DNA from: Somniosus microcephalus
Lineage: Eukaryota
Length of the DNA: 64,000 nucleotides
NCBI GenBank assembly: GCA_052327205.1
Contig: JBMRGM010000036.1
Coordinates: forward strand, 79,484,001 to 79,548,000
Direction of reading: 5' to 3'
The position numbers were made by a program, and so were the translations under genes. Below the pieces are notes generated by a model. The model did no database searches. It saw nothing but the letters and a program-made list of their open reading frames with translations, and had not been told where the DNA came from. Position 1 is the first letter of the stretch. Each line of letters begins with the position of its first letter. Below are positions 1 through 11,600 of this stretch, one piece after another.

Positions 1-164
1 AGGCAGGGGGACTTGCTAATGAGCGTTTAGTCGCTCAGCACCAAGGTACCCCATTACAGCCCGTGAACCAGATCCAGCCCCCTTCCCCCCCCCATCACCG
101 ACAACACCTCAGCCCGATTTCCCCTTCTATGTCGCACCAGCAGCTTTGGCCGAGGCTGTTCTTA

Positions 165-555
165 ACGCAGTTTTTAAATCCTCATCCTTGATTTCAAATC
201 CCTCCGCGGCCCTCGCCCCCCCCCCCCCCCCCTATCTCTGTAACCTCCTCCAGCCCCACAACCCCCTCCGAGATCTCTGCGCTCCTCCATTTTTGTCCTC
301 TTGAGCATCCCCCGATTTTAATCGCTCCACCATTGGCGGCCGTGCCTTCAGCCACCTGGGCCCTGAGCTCTGGAATTCCCTCCCTCAACTTCTCCGCCTC
401 TCTTGCCTCCTTTAAGACGCTCCCTAAAACCTCTTTGGTCACCTGTCGTATTACCGCCTCATGCGGCTCGCTGTCAAATTTAGTTTGATAATCGCTCCTG
501 TGAAGCGCCTTGGGACATTTTACTGCGTTAAAGGCGCTAAATAAATGTAAGGTGT
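165..555 (+). mobile_element. L2-clade LINE 3' fragment
   Basis: Degenerate RT C-terminus (FKILIL..LAPPYLCNLLQP) and 3' end AAAGGCGCTA..ATAAATG; homologous to copies at 41400-41880 and 48585-49335. Confidence 0.75.
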
Positions 556-610
556 TGTTGAGTGTGGCTGGATAAACCCGAGTCAGAACGCTGAGATCTG
601 TTGTTATCAG

Positions 611-780
611 TGACTGGAGATACGTGGGAATTACCCAGTCATGGATTGAAAGGCTACATGGGGGGCCGTCGACATTCTGTGGTGCCAACCTGTACAGCCC
701 AGGGAGATACAAGGCTTGGCCACGGCTGCCATTCGGGACGACAGTCAGGGTCCCCACCCCCGCCATGTAACTGGGAACAG
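611..780 (+). CDS. candidate internal exon of unidentified + strand gene ((V)TGDTWELPSHG...PPPCNWEQ)
   Basis: TTGTTATCAG acceptor, open frame entering in phase 1, CAG|GTCTAT donor in phase 0 matching the next exon; unique non-repeat sequence; donor is weak. Confidence 0.45.
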
Positions 781-1219
781 GTCTATCATTCCGATATCCG
801 TCTTCCCCACCCCCACCCCCCCAACCAACCCCTCTCCTGAATGGGTTAATTCCCTCACTGAGGTACAAGTCCCAGAATCCCGCCCACCTTCACGCAGTGG
901 AAGGCTATTCGACCACGTAGGGCGATTCCTAACCCCCCCCCCCCCCCCCCCACTCGTCTGCTCCTGTGATTGGCAGCCTCTGTGATCAGTCAATCCCGGG
1001 ATCTCCCTTTTACTGTTTTGGTCAGAGGCGGATGCTTTACCTCAAGACCACTGGTTGAGAATTGGGGGTTGTGGGGGGCAACGACGGTTGCACATTTGCG
1101 AGATGGCGGAACCTTGCCTCCGCCCCCGCCAATCACCGCGAGAAGGTTTCCCGGAAATACTTTTCCTCCTGTGCAGTTAAACTGTTTCTTTCTCTCTTTC
1201 TCTCGCTCTCTCTCCTCAG

Positions 1220-1409
1220 ACACAGTCCATAGGGTATCCGTCACAACAAAGTGAGCGGCGACGCCCCAACGCTTCGCACAACACGACGCCCTACTACATG
1301 TACTCCAGCACCCCGAACCGCTCCAACGCTTCCGTGCAGCACCAGGCGCCCGTGCAGTTTGCTAACCATTTGCAGCAGAGTTCGGACAACATCAATTCAG
1401 ACCTTTCCG
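1220..1409 (+). CDS. internal exon of unidentified + strand gene (TQSIGYPSQQSERRRPNASHNTTPYYMYSS...DNINSDLS)
   Basis: Long polypyrimidine tract + CTCAG acceptor, 63 open codons with coding-like CpG/GC3 content, CCG|GTAAAT donor (phase 1). Confidence 0.65.
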
Positions 1410-1489
1410 GTAAATAGTCACCTTGCTTCGCTTTTGTCTTCAAAAGATTCCGGTGATTGAAAGGCTTTTCATTGAAATCACCAAATGTT

Positions 1490-1877
1490 GCCATCAAACA
1501 CTCCCAGGGCAGGTACAGCACGGGTTAGATACAGAGTAAAGCTCCCTCTACACTGTCCCATCAAACACTCCCAGGGCAGGTACAGCACGGGTTAGATACA
1601 GAGTAAAGCTCCCTCTACACTGTCCCATCAAACACTCCCAGGGCAGGTACAGCACGGGTTAGATACAGAGTAAAGCTCCCTCTACGTTGTCCCATCAAAC
1701 ACTCCCAGGGCAGGTACAGCGCGGGTTAGATACAGAGTAAAGCTCCCTCTACGTTGTCCCATCAAACACTCCCAGGGCAGGTACAGCACGGGTTAGATAC
1801 AGAGTAAAGCTCCCTCCACACTGCCCCATCAAACACTCCCAGGGCAGGTACAGCACTGGTTAGATACAGAGTAAAAC
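1490..1877 (+). repeat. 67-bp minisatellite, ~5.7 copies (CATCAAACACTCCCAGGGCAGGTACAGCACGGGTTAGATACAGAGTAAAGCTCCCTCTACACTGTCC)
   Basis: Direct tandem repeats; same unit inverted at 33415-33715. Confidence 0.95.
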
Positions 1878-2164
1878 ACTCTGTGCTTTACCAGAACCTC
1901 AGAACCCTTACTGCTCCACTGTGACATTTTTCCACTTCTCACACCAGCCAAAATTACCGCTGATGTTGACTCAAAGTACCTCATAGTGTGAAGTACTTTA
2001 AGATGTTCAATTATGAAAATACACTGTGGACATGAGTGTTTCTCCCCCTTGCCCTGAGATTCATGGGCTGACAGGATGACACCATCAGCGAAGGGCCAGA
2101 GGCTCTGAGGAACTTCTCTAATTTGGATTATGCTTTATCTGTTAAATGATCAGGCTGTCTCTCG

Positions 2165-2605
2165 ACCTTTCTTCAGCACCACCTCCCAAACCTGCGACCT
2201 CTACCACCTAGAAGGATAAGGGCAGCAGGCACATGGGAACACTCTCACCTCCATGTTCCCCTCCGAGTCACTCACCACCCTGACTTGGAAATATAGAATC
2301 ATAGAATGGTTACAGCACAGAAGACAGCCATTTGGCCCATCGAGCCCGTGCCGGCTCTCTCCAAGAGCACTTCAGCGAGTCCCACTCCCCCCACCCTTTC
2401 CCCGTAGCCTAGCCAATCTCTTTCCTATATCGGTCGCTCCTTCATCGTCACCGGGTCAAAATCCTGGAACTCCCTCCCTAACAGCGCTGTGGGAGCACCT
2501 TCACCGCACAGACTGCAGCGGTTCAAGAAGGCGGCTCACCACCACCTTCTCAAGGGGCAGTTAGGGATGGGCAATAAACGCCCACATCCCGGGAATAAAA
2601 AAAAA
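2165..2605 (+). mobile_element. 3' end of an abundant CR1/L2-group LINE, interrupted by a short CR1 3' tail (~2293-2425)
   Basis: SKSWNSLPNS..GLQRFKKAAHHHLLKG motif and A tail; homologous to 38480-39110 and 56395-56485. Confidence 0.7.
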
Positions 2606-2720
2606 AATTCCCCTAGGACTTGTCCATCTGGCCAAAGCAATGAGCACACCTCCCAGGTGTCTGAACAAGGTTCAAAAGGTACGAGTTGCAATCATCTGAA
2701 TACTGCTCATATTCTTTCAG

Positions 2721-2786
2721 ACTTGTCGTGGGCCCTCTCTGGATTAACAGGACAAACCTCTGTACAGTCTGAACACTCTTCAATAG
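2721..2786 (+). CDS. candidate 66-nt phase-1 repeat exon, copy 1 ((D)LSWALSGLTGQTSVQSEHSSI)
   Basis: TTTCAG| ... AG|GTACGG, open in phase 1, paralogous to four other copies. Confidence 0.35.
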
Positions 2787-2834
2787 GTACGGTTTCTAGT
2801 CAGCTAAATATTGCCCTGGTCTAGATGGATTGCA

Positions 2835-3780
2835 TTCGCACATATTAAAAGTTAGGTAATAGATAGCAGTGACACTATTACATGTATATTTTTTTTAATT
2901 CGTTCCTGGGCTGTGGCCTGTCCAGCATTTATTGCCCTTTCCTAATGGTCCTTGAGACGGTGGTGGTGAGCCACCTTCTTGAACCACTGCTGTCCTATAA
3001 ACATTCATTATTCCTGTATTTAAATAGGGAGAGGGAACAAGTCCAGGGAACGTGTAGACCAGTTAGCTTAACATAGGTGGTAGGAAAGATAATGGAATCT
3101 TTTCTCCAAGGTGTAATAGAAAAAAAATCTAGAAACTGAAACTATAAGAGTAGTCAACACAGATTTCAAAAGGGAAGGTCATGCTTGACCAACCTTATTC
3201 AGTTCTCGGAAGAAATAACAAAGAGTAGACAAGGGTAATGCAGTAGATGTTATTTATTTGGATTATCAAAAGGCCTTCGATAAGGCACTGCATAGTAGAC
3301 TCATGACTACGGTCAGAGCGTGTGGAGTCAGGGGACAGGTAGCAGAATGGATAGCAAGCTGGTGACAAAACAGAAAAGAGAGAGTCGGGGTTCAGGGTAG
3401 CTACTCGGACTGGCAAAAGGTGGGTAGTGGTGTTCCACAAGGATCGGTGCTGGGACCACTGTTGTTCGCCATTTACATAAATGATTTGGACTCGGGAATC
3501 AGAAGTACAAATTCAAAATTTGCGTATGACACTAAATTGGAGGGGTGGGGAGGTAGTTAATACTGAGCAGGACTGCGACAAAATACAAGACGGCATTAAT
3601 AAACGTGCAGAATGGGCGTGTAACTAGCAAATAAATTTCAGTATAGATAAGTGTGAGGTGGTGCATTTTGGCAGGATGAATAAGGAGGCCTCCTTGGAAA
3701 ATCAGGGTCTAAATGGGGTAGAGGAGCAAATGGATCTAGCGGTACAGTTACACAAAGCACTAAAAGTAGTGGTACAGGTT
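2835..3780 (+). mobile_element. degenerate CR1 RT fragment, tandem-duplicated unit copy 1
   Basis: Decayed [26 protein letters not shown] coding; same 5' breakpoint as copies 2-4. Confidence 0.8.
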
Positions 3781-3812
3781 CCAATCATCTAAATATTGCC
3801 CATATTTTTCAG

Positions 3813-3878
3813 GCCAGTCGGTCGAAAGCACTCGAGGAAGGGAGCAAAGCTCCGTATTGCCTGAACATACTTCAAAAG
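3813..3878 (+). CDS. candidate 66-nt phase-1 repeat exon, copy 2 ((G)QSVESTRGREQSSVLPEHTSK)
   Basis: TTTTTCAG| ... AAG|GTACGG, open in phase 1. Confidence 0.4.
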
Positions 3879-3924
3879 GTACGGTTTCCAGTTATCTAAA
3901 TACAGTATTGCATATAAAAACCTT

Positions 3925-5720
3925 GTTCCGGATGGATTGGGATTAAGAGAATTTAGGTAATAGATAGCAGAGACACTATTGCATATATATTAAAATTCAT
4001 TAGAAAAAGGAATAGTGCCAGAGGACTGGTGGACAGCTCATGTGATTCCTACATTTAAGAAGGGAGATAGAATATGGCCAGGGAACTATAGACCAGTTAG
4101 CTTAACGTCGGTGGTAGGAAAGATAATACAGGAAACTTTGTGATATCCGGCACCGACGGGACCGGCGTGTTGCCGATCTATCAAAACTGCCGGACATACA
4201 AAGTTAATGTTGAAGCATACGGAGGTTTTCATCTCCGTATCTGACAACAAACACTGTTGCTTAGCAACAGCTTCTAAAGAGTCGGCTGCAGCTGCAAGCG
4301 TCTCTAGCTGAAGCTGTTGCTATAGCTACAGACCTTGCAGAGCCTGACTGGGGAAAAAAAAAGAACGAGAACTAAAAAAAACTTACAGAAAACGGCTCCT
4401 GATTTTTGCCGTTAGATCGAGTATTCCGGACATACAACCTCCGGATAAACCAAAGTTTCCTATAGTAGAATCCTTACTCAAAGTTGTAAGAGAAAAACAT
4501 CTAGAAACCGAAAAATATTATGAAGATTAGTCGGCACAGATTTCAAAAGGGAAGGTCATGCTTGACCCACCTTATTCAATTCTTTGAAGAAGTAACAGAA
4601 AGAATAGACAAGGGTAATGTAGTAGATGTAATATAGTTGGATTATCAAAAGGCCTTCGATAATTTAATGCATAGTAGACTCGTGACTAAGGTCAGAGCAT
4701 GCGGCGCCTGGGCGTAAGTAGCAGAATGGATAGCAAGCTGGCTACAAAAAGAAAACAGAGTAGGCGTTCAAGGTCATAGATACATAGATAGGAGCAGGAG
4801 CAGGCCATTCGGCCCCTCGAGCCTGTTCCGCCACTTAATGAGATCATGGCTGATCATCCAAATTCAGTACCCTATCCCTACTTTCTCCCCATATCCCTTG
4901 ATCCCTTTAGCCTTAAGAAATATATCCAACTCCTTCTTGAATATATACTCAGACTGGCGGAAGGTGGGAAGAGGTGTTCCGCAAGGATCGGTGCTGGGAC
5001 CACTGTTGTTCACCATTTACATAAACGATTTGGACTCGAGAATCAGAAGTACAATTTCAAAATTTGCGGAGGACACTAAATTGTGGATTATGGTTAATAC
5101 TGAGGAAGAATACAAGATAGCATTAATAAACTTACAGAATGGGTGTGTAATTGGCAAATAAATTTCAACATAGATAAGTGTGAGGTGGTGCATTTCGGTA
5201 GGGAGAATAAGGAGGCCACATACTGCTTGGAAAATAAGAGTCTAAATGGGGTAGAGGAGCCGAGGGACCTGGGAGTACAGGTACACAGATCACTAAAAGT
5301 AACGACGCAGGTTAATGCCCTATAAAAAGCAAACAAAACACTGGGGTTCATTTCTAGAGGGATAGAATTGAAAAGCAGAGAAGTGATGCTAACTTGTATC
5401 GAACCTTCGTTGGATCACAGTAGGAGAACTGTGAACAGCTCTGGTCTCCCTATTGTAAGGATATATGCAACAAAGATGTTTCCACTTGTGGGGGAGACCA
5501 GAACTAGGGGCCATCAATATAAGATCGTCACTAATAAATCCAATCGGGAATTCAGGAGAAACTTCTTTACCCAAAAAAGTGGGGAGAATGTGGAACTCGC
5601 TGCCACAGGGAGTGGTTGAGGCGAATAGTATAGATGCGTTTAAGGGGAAGCTGGATAAACACGAGGGAGAAAGGAACAGAAGGATATGCTGACGGGGTGA
5701 GATGAAGTAGGGATAAGAGG
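3925..5720 (+). mobile_element. degenerate CR1 RT fragment, unit copy 2 (interrupted by a MITE and a - strand CR1 tail at ~4776-4945)
   Basis: ORF-track pieces [37 protein letters not shown]. Confidence 0.85.
4129..4462. mobile_element. Tc1/mariner-superfamily (Tigger/pogo-like) MITE
   Basis: Imperfect ~22-bp TIRs CAGGAAACTTTGTGATATCCGG / CCGGATAAACCAAAGTTTCCTA, TA on both sides, interrupts CR1 sequence. Confidence 0.75.
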
Positions 5721-5804
5721 CAATATTCCCCCTAATTTTTTAATTGGGTGTGCGGCCCAGTCACAGTTTCACGCTGCTTAAAGGGAACATTGGGTCGTGG
5801 TATT

Positions 5805-6182
5805 TTTTTATTTTTTATTAATTCCCGGGATGTGGGCGTTGCTGGCAAGGCCGGCATTTATTGCCCATCCCTAATTGCCCTCGAAGGTGGTGGTGAGCCG
5901 CCATTTCAGAGTAAACCACATTGCTGTGGGTCTGGAGTCACACACCGGCCAGACCGGGTAAGGGCGGCAGATTTCCTTCCCTGAAGGACATTAGTGAACC
6001 GGATGGGTTTTTACGACAAAACGGTAGTTTCGTGGTCACCATTACTGATGCTAGCTTTTTATTCCAGATTTATTTAATTGAATTTAAATTCCCCGTGGTG
6101 GGATTTGAACTTGTGTCTCCGGATCTTTAGTCCAGGCCTCTGGGTTACTGGTCCAGTAACATAACCACTATACTACCGTACC
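5805..6182 (-). mobile_element. tRNA-derived SINE with LINE-derived 3' tail
   Basis: Minus-strand head GGTAGTATAGTGG (A box) ... GTTCAAATCC (B box); tail matches the LINE 3' end at 2530-2600. Confidence 0.75.
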
Positions 6183-6326
6183 TGGTGGCTCACATGACGC
6201 GTAAACACTGGTATGGAGCAGTTGGGCCGAATGGCCTGTTTCTGTGCTGTACTTTCTATGTCATTGGACACCATTGGAGTAACCGAATTGGGTTCCAATC
6301 ATCGAAATATTGCCCATATCTTTCAG

Positions 6327-6392
6327 ATCAGTCGATGGACGTCACTGGAGGAAGCGAGCACAGCTCCTTAAAGTCTGAACATCCTTCACAAG
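6327..6392 (+). CDS. candidate 66-nt phase-1 repeat exon, copy 3 ((D)QSMDVTGGSEHSSLKSEHPSQ)
   Basis: CTTTCAG| ... AAG|GTACGA, open in phase 1. Confidence 0.4.
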
Positions 6393-6439
6393 GTACGATT
6401 TCCAGTTATCTAAATATTGCTCATTAAAAAACCCTGGTC

Positions 6440-7790
6440 CGGATGGATTCCACCTGCAGAGATTAGAAGAAGTTAGGTAATAGATAGCAGAGGCACTATT
6501 ACATACATATAAAAATTAATTAGAAAAGGGAATAGTGCCAGAGGACTGGCGGACAGCTAACATGATTCCTATATTTAAAAAGGATATAGAATATGTCCAG
6601 GGAACTATAGACCAGTTAGCTTAATATCAGTGGTAGGAAAGAAAATGGAATCTTTACTCAAAGTTGTAAGAGAAAAATATCTAGAAACTGAAAATATAAT
6701 GAAGATTAGTCGGCACGGATTTCAAAAGGGAATGTCATGCCTGACCCACCTTATTCAATTCTTTGAAGAAGTAACAAAAAGAATAGACAAGGGTAATGTA
6801 GTAGATGTAATATATTTGGATTTTCAAAAGGCCTTCGATAAGTTAATGCACAGTAGACTTGTGACTAAGGCCAGAGCATGCGGCGCCTGGGGACAAGTAG
6901 CAGAATGGATAGCAAGCTGGCTACAAAACAGAAAACAGAGAGTAGGGGGTTCAGGGTGGCTACTCAGACTGGCAAAAGGTGGGAAGAGGTGTTCCGCAAG
7001 GATCGGTGCTGGGACCACTGTTCACCATTTCAACTCGAGAATCAGAAGTACAATTTCAAAATTGGCGGAGAACACTAAGTTGTGGGGTATAGTTAATACT
7101 GAGGAAGACTGCGACAGAATACAAGATAACATTAATAAACTTGCAGAATGGGCATGTAATTGGCAAATAAATTTCAATATAAGTGTGAGGTGGTGCATTT
7201 TGGTAGGGAGAATAAGGAGGCCCCATATAAATGGGGTAGAGGAACAAAGGCATCTGGGGATACAGATCACGAAAAGTAATAAGACAGGTTAATGCCATAT
7301 AAAAAGCAAGCAAAGCACTGGGGTTCATTTCTAGAGGGATAGAATTGAAAAGCAGAGAACGTCTGCTAACCCAACCTTTGTTGGACCACACTCGGACACT
7401 GTGAACAGTTCTGGTCTCCATATTATTATAAGGATATAGAGGCACTGGAAAAGGTGCAACAAAGGAGATGTTTCCGCTTGTGGGGGAGACCAGAACTAGG
7501 GGCCGTCAATATAAGATAATCACTGATAAATCCAATCGGGAATTCAGGAGAAACTTCTTTACCCAGAGAGTGGTGAGAATGTGGAACTTGCTACCACAGG
7601 GAGTGGTTGAGGCGAATAGTATCGATGCATTTAAGGGGAAGTTAGAAAGGCACATGAGGGAGGGTTCTGCTGATAGGGTGAGATAAAGTAGGATGGGAGG
7701 AGGCTCGTGTGGAGCATAAACACTGGCATGGACCTGTCGAGCCGAATGGCCTGTTTCAGTGCATGTACTTTTAATGTTGTTCTATGTCGT
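6440..7790 (+). mobile_element. degenerate CR1 RT fragment with 3' UTR, unit copy 3
   Basis: ORF 6630-7292 [16 protein letters not shown]; 3' tail GGCCTGTTTC..TTCTATG. Confidence 0.9.
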
Positions 7791-7883
7791 TGGACACCAT
7801 TGGAGTAACCGAACGCCCTGGTATCTGAACATCATTCAAAAGGTACAGTTTCCAATCATCGAAATATTGCCCATATCTTTCAG

Positions 7884-7949
7884 GTCAGTCGATGGACGTC
7901 ACTGGAGGAAGCGAGCGCAGCTCCTTAAAGTCTGAACATCCTTCACAAG
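7884..7949 (+). CDS. candidate 66-nt phase-1 repeat exon, copy 4 ((G)QSMDVTGGSERSSLKSEHPSQ)
   Basis: CTTTCAG| ... AAG|GTACGG, open in phase 1. Confidence 0.4.
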
Positions 7950-8698
7950 GTACGGCTTCCGGTTATCTAAATATTGCCCATTAAAGACCCCTGGTCCGGA
8001 TGGATTGCACCTGCAGAGATTAGAAGTTAGGTAATAGATAGCAGAGGCACTATTACATATAGATAAAAATTCATTAGAAAAGGGAATAGTGCCAGAGGAC
8101 TGGCGGACAGCATGTAATATAGGAGATACGTCCAGGGAACTATAGACCAGTTAGCTTAACATCGGTGGTAGGAAAGATAATAGAATCCTTACTCAAAGAT
8201 ATAATAGAAAAACATCTAGAAACCGAAAATAAAATGAAGATTAGTCGGCACGGATTTCAAAAGAGAATGCCATGCTTGACCAACCTTATTCAATTCTTTG
8301 AAGAAGTAACAGAAAGAGTAGATAAGGGTAATGTAGTAGATGTAACATATTTGGATTTTCAAAAGGCCTTTGATAATGTACCGCATAGTAGACTAAGGTC
8401 AGAGCATGCGGAGTCAGTGTCGGTAGCAGAATGGATAGCAAGCTGGCTACAAAACAGAGAGTAGGGGTTAACATAAGAACATAAGAAATAGGAGCAGGAG
8501 TAGGCCAATCGGCCCCTCGAGCCTGCTCCGCCATTCAATAAGATCATGGCTGATCTGATCCTAACCGCCAATCCACTATCACAGAACCATCTCCTGAATC
8601 TAACAGAATTAGACACACGAAATAGGAGCAGGATCAGGCTACACGGCCCCTGGGCCCGCTCCGCTACCCACAGGGCCATGACCGATCCGAACCTAGAC

Positions 8699-11600
8699 TC
8701 ATGTCCAAATTCCTGCCCGCTCCCCGTAACCCTTAATTCCCTTTACTTCTAGGAAACTGTCTATTTCTGTTTTAAACTTATGTAATGATGTAGCTTCTAC
8801 AGCTTTTTGGGGCAGCATATTCCATGGACCTACCACCCTCTGAGTGAAGTAGTTCCTCCTCATCTCAGTTTTGAAAGAGCAGCCCCTTATTCTAAGACTA
8901 TGCCCCCTAGTTCTAGTTTCACCCATCATCGGGAACATCCTCCCCGCATCCACCCGATCCGACCCCTTCACAATCTTATATGTTTCAATAAGATCGCCTC
9001 TCATTCTTCTGAACTCCAATGAGTAGAGTCCCAATCTACCCAACCTCTCCTCATATGTCCATCCCCTCATCCCCGGGATTAACCGAGTGAACCTTCTTTG
9101 TACTGACTCGAGAGCAAGTATGTTCAAGAAGGGTAGCAGGGATAAACCAGGGAATTACAGGCCAGTGAGCCTAACATCTGTGGTAGGGAAATTATTGGAA
9201 AAAATTCTGAGGGACAAAATTAGTCTCCACTTGGAGAGGCAAGGATTAATCGGGGATAGTCAGCATGGCTTTGTCAAGGGTAAATCATGTCTGACCAATC
9301 TGATTGAATTTTTCGAGGGGGTGACTAGGTGTGTGGATGAGGGAAATGCTGTGGATGTGGTTTACATGGATTTCAGTAAAGCTTTTGACAAAGTCCCGCA
9401 TAGGAGACTGGTCAAGAAGGTAAGAGCCCATGGGATCCAGGGTGCCTTGGCGCGTTGGATCCTAAACTGGCTGAGTGGCAGGAGGCAGAGGGTGATGGTT
9501 GAAGGTTGCTTTTGTGACTGGAAGCCTGTGTCCAGTGGGGTACCTCAGGGATCGGTGCTGGGACCCTTGCTGTTTGTGATCTACATAAATGATTTGGATG
9601 AGAATGTAAAAGGTATGATCAGTAAGTTCGCAGATGACACGAAAATTGGTGGGGTGGTAAATTGCGAGGAGGAAAGCCTCAGGCTACAGGACGATATAAA
9701 CGGGTTGGTCAGATGGGCGGAAAAGTGGCAAATGGAATTTAACCCTGAAAAGTGCGAGGTGATGCATTTTGGACGGACAAATAAGGCAAGGGAATACACA
9801 ATGAGTGGTAGGACCCTAGGAAGTACAGAGGGTCAGAGGGACCTTGGTGTACATGTACATAGATCCCTGAAGGCAGCGGAACAGGTAGATAAGGTGGTTA
9901 AAAAGGCATATGGGATACTTGCCTTCATTAGCCGAGGCATAGAATATAAGAGCAGGGAGGTTATGATGGAGCTGTACAAAACGCTGGTGAGGCCACAGCT
10001 GGAGTACTGCGTGCAGTTCTGGTCGCCTCACTATAGGAAGGATGTGATTGCTTTGGAGAGGGTGCAGAGAAGATTCACCAGGATGTTACCTGGGATGGAG
10101 CGCCTCAGCTATGAAGAAAGACTAAACAGGCTGGGGTTGTTTTCCTTGGAGCAAAGAAGGCTGAGGGGGGGACCTGATTGAGGTGTACAAAATGATGAGG
10201 GGCATAGATAGGGTAGATAAAGAGGAACTTTTCCCCTTAGTAAGGGGGTCAATAACAAGGGGGCATAGATTAAAGGTAAGGGGCAGGAGGTTTAGAGGGG
10301 ATTTGAGGAGGAACTTTTTCACCCAGAGGGTGGTTGGAATCTGGAACTCACTGCCTGTAAGGGTGGCAGAGGCAGGAACCCTCATAACATTCAAGAAGCA
10401 TTTGGATGAGCACTTGAAATGCCATTGCATACAAGGCTATGGACCAAATGCTGGAAAATGGGATTAGACTGGACAGGGCTTGATGGACGGCGCAGACACG
10501 ATGGGCCGAAGGGCCTCTTTCTGTGCTGTATAACTCTATGACTCTATGTCCTTTCTTAAGTATGGACACCAAAACTGTATGCAGTATTCCAGGTGCGGCC
10601 TCACCAATACCTTGTACAACTGAAGCAATACCTCCCTATTTTTATATTCTATCCCCCTAGCAATGAAAGCCAACATTCCATTGGCCTTCTTAATCACTTG
10701 CTGCACCTGTATACTAACCTTTTGAGTTTCGTGCACCAGGACCCCCAGATCCCTTTGTACTTCAGTACTTTCCAGTTTCTTGCCATTAAGATAATAACTT
10801 GCTCTACGATTTTTCCTGCCAAAGTGCATAACCTCACACTTTCCAGTATTGTATTCCATCTGCCAAATCTCTGCCCACTTACTTAGCCTGTCGATGTCCC
10901 CTTGCAGGTTTTTTATGTCCTCCTCACTCACTACTTTCCCTCCCATCTTAGTATCATCTGCAAACTTTGATATGTTACACTCGGTCCCCTCCTCCAAATC
11001 GTTAATATAGATTGTAAAGAGTTGGGGACCCAGCACCGACCCCTGCGGAACACCACTAGTTACTGATTGCCAGTCTGAGAATGAACCATTTATCCCAACT
11101 CTCTGCCTTCTGTTAGATAGCCAATCCTCTATCCATGCCAGAATATTACCCCCAATCCCATGATTTTTTATCTTAAGCAATAATCTTTTGTGTGGCACCT
11201 TGTCAAATGCCTTTTGGAAGTCTAAATACACTACGTCCACTGGTTCCCCTTTATCCACCCTATATGTTACTTCCTCAAAGAACTCCAGCAAATTTGTCAA
11301 ACATGACTTCCCCTTCATAAAACCATGCTGACTTTGTCCTATTAAATTATGATTATCCAAATGTCCTGTTACTGTCTCCTTAATAATGGACTCCAAAATT
11401 TTACCTACCACAGATGTTAGGCTAACCGGTCCATAGTTTCCAGCCTTCTGTCTACTGCCCTTTTTAAATAAGGGTGTTACATTAGCAGTTTTCCAGTCTG
11501 CCGGGACCTTTGCCGAGTCCAGGGAGTTTTGGAAAATTATTACCAATGCATCCACAATCCCTACCGCCACTTCCCTCAAGACCCTAGGATGTAAGCCATC

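Noticed and set aside
194-868. 224-aa minus-strand ORF
   Set aside because: Antisense to an L2 fragment and to a candidate + strand exon; no recognisable domain
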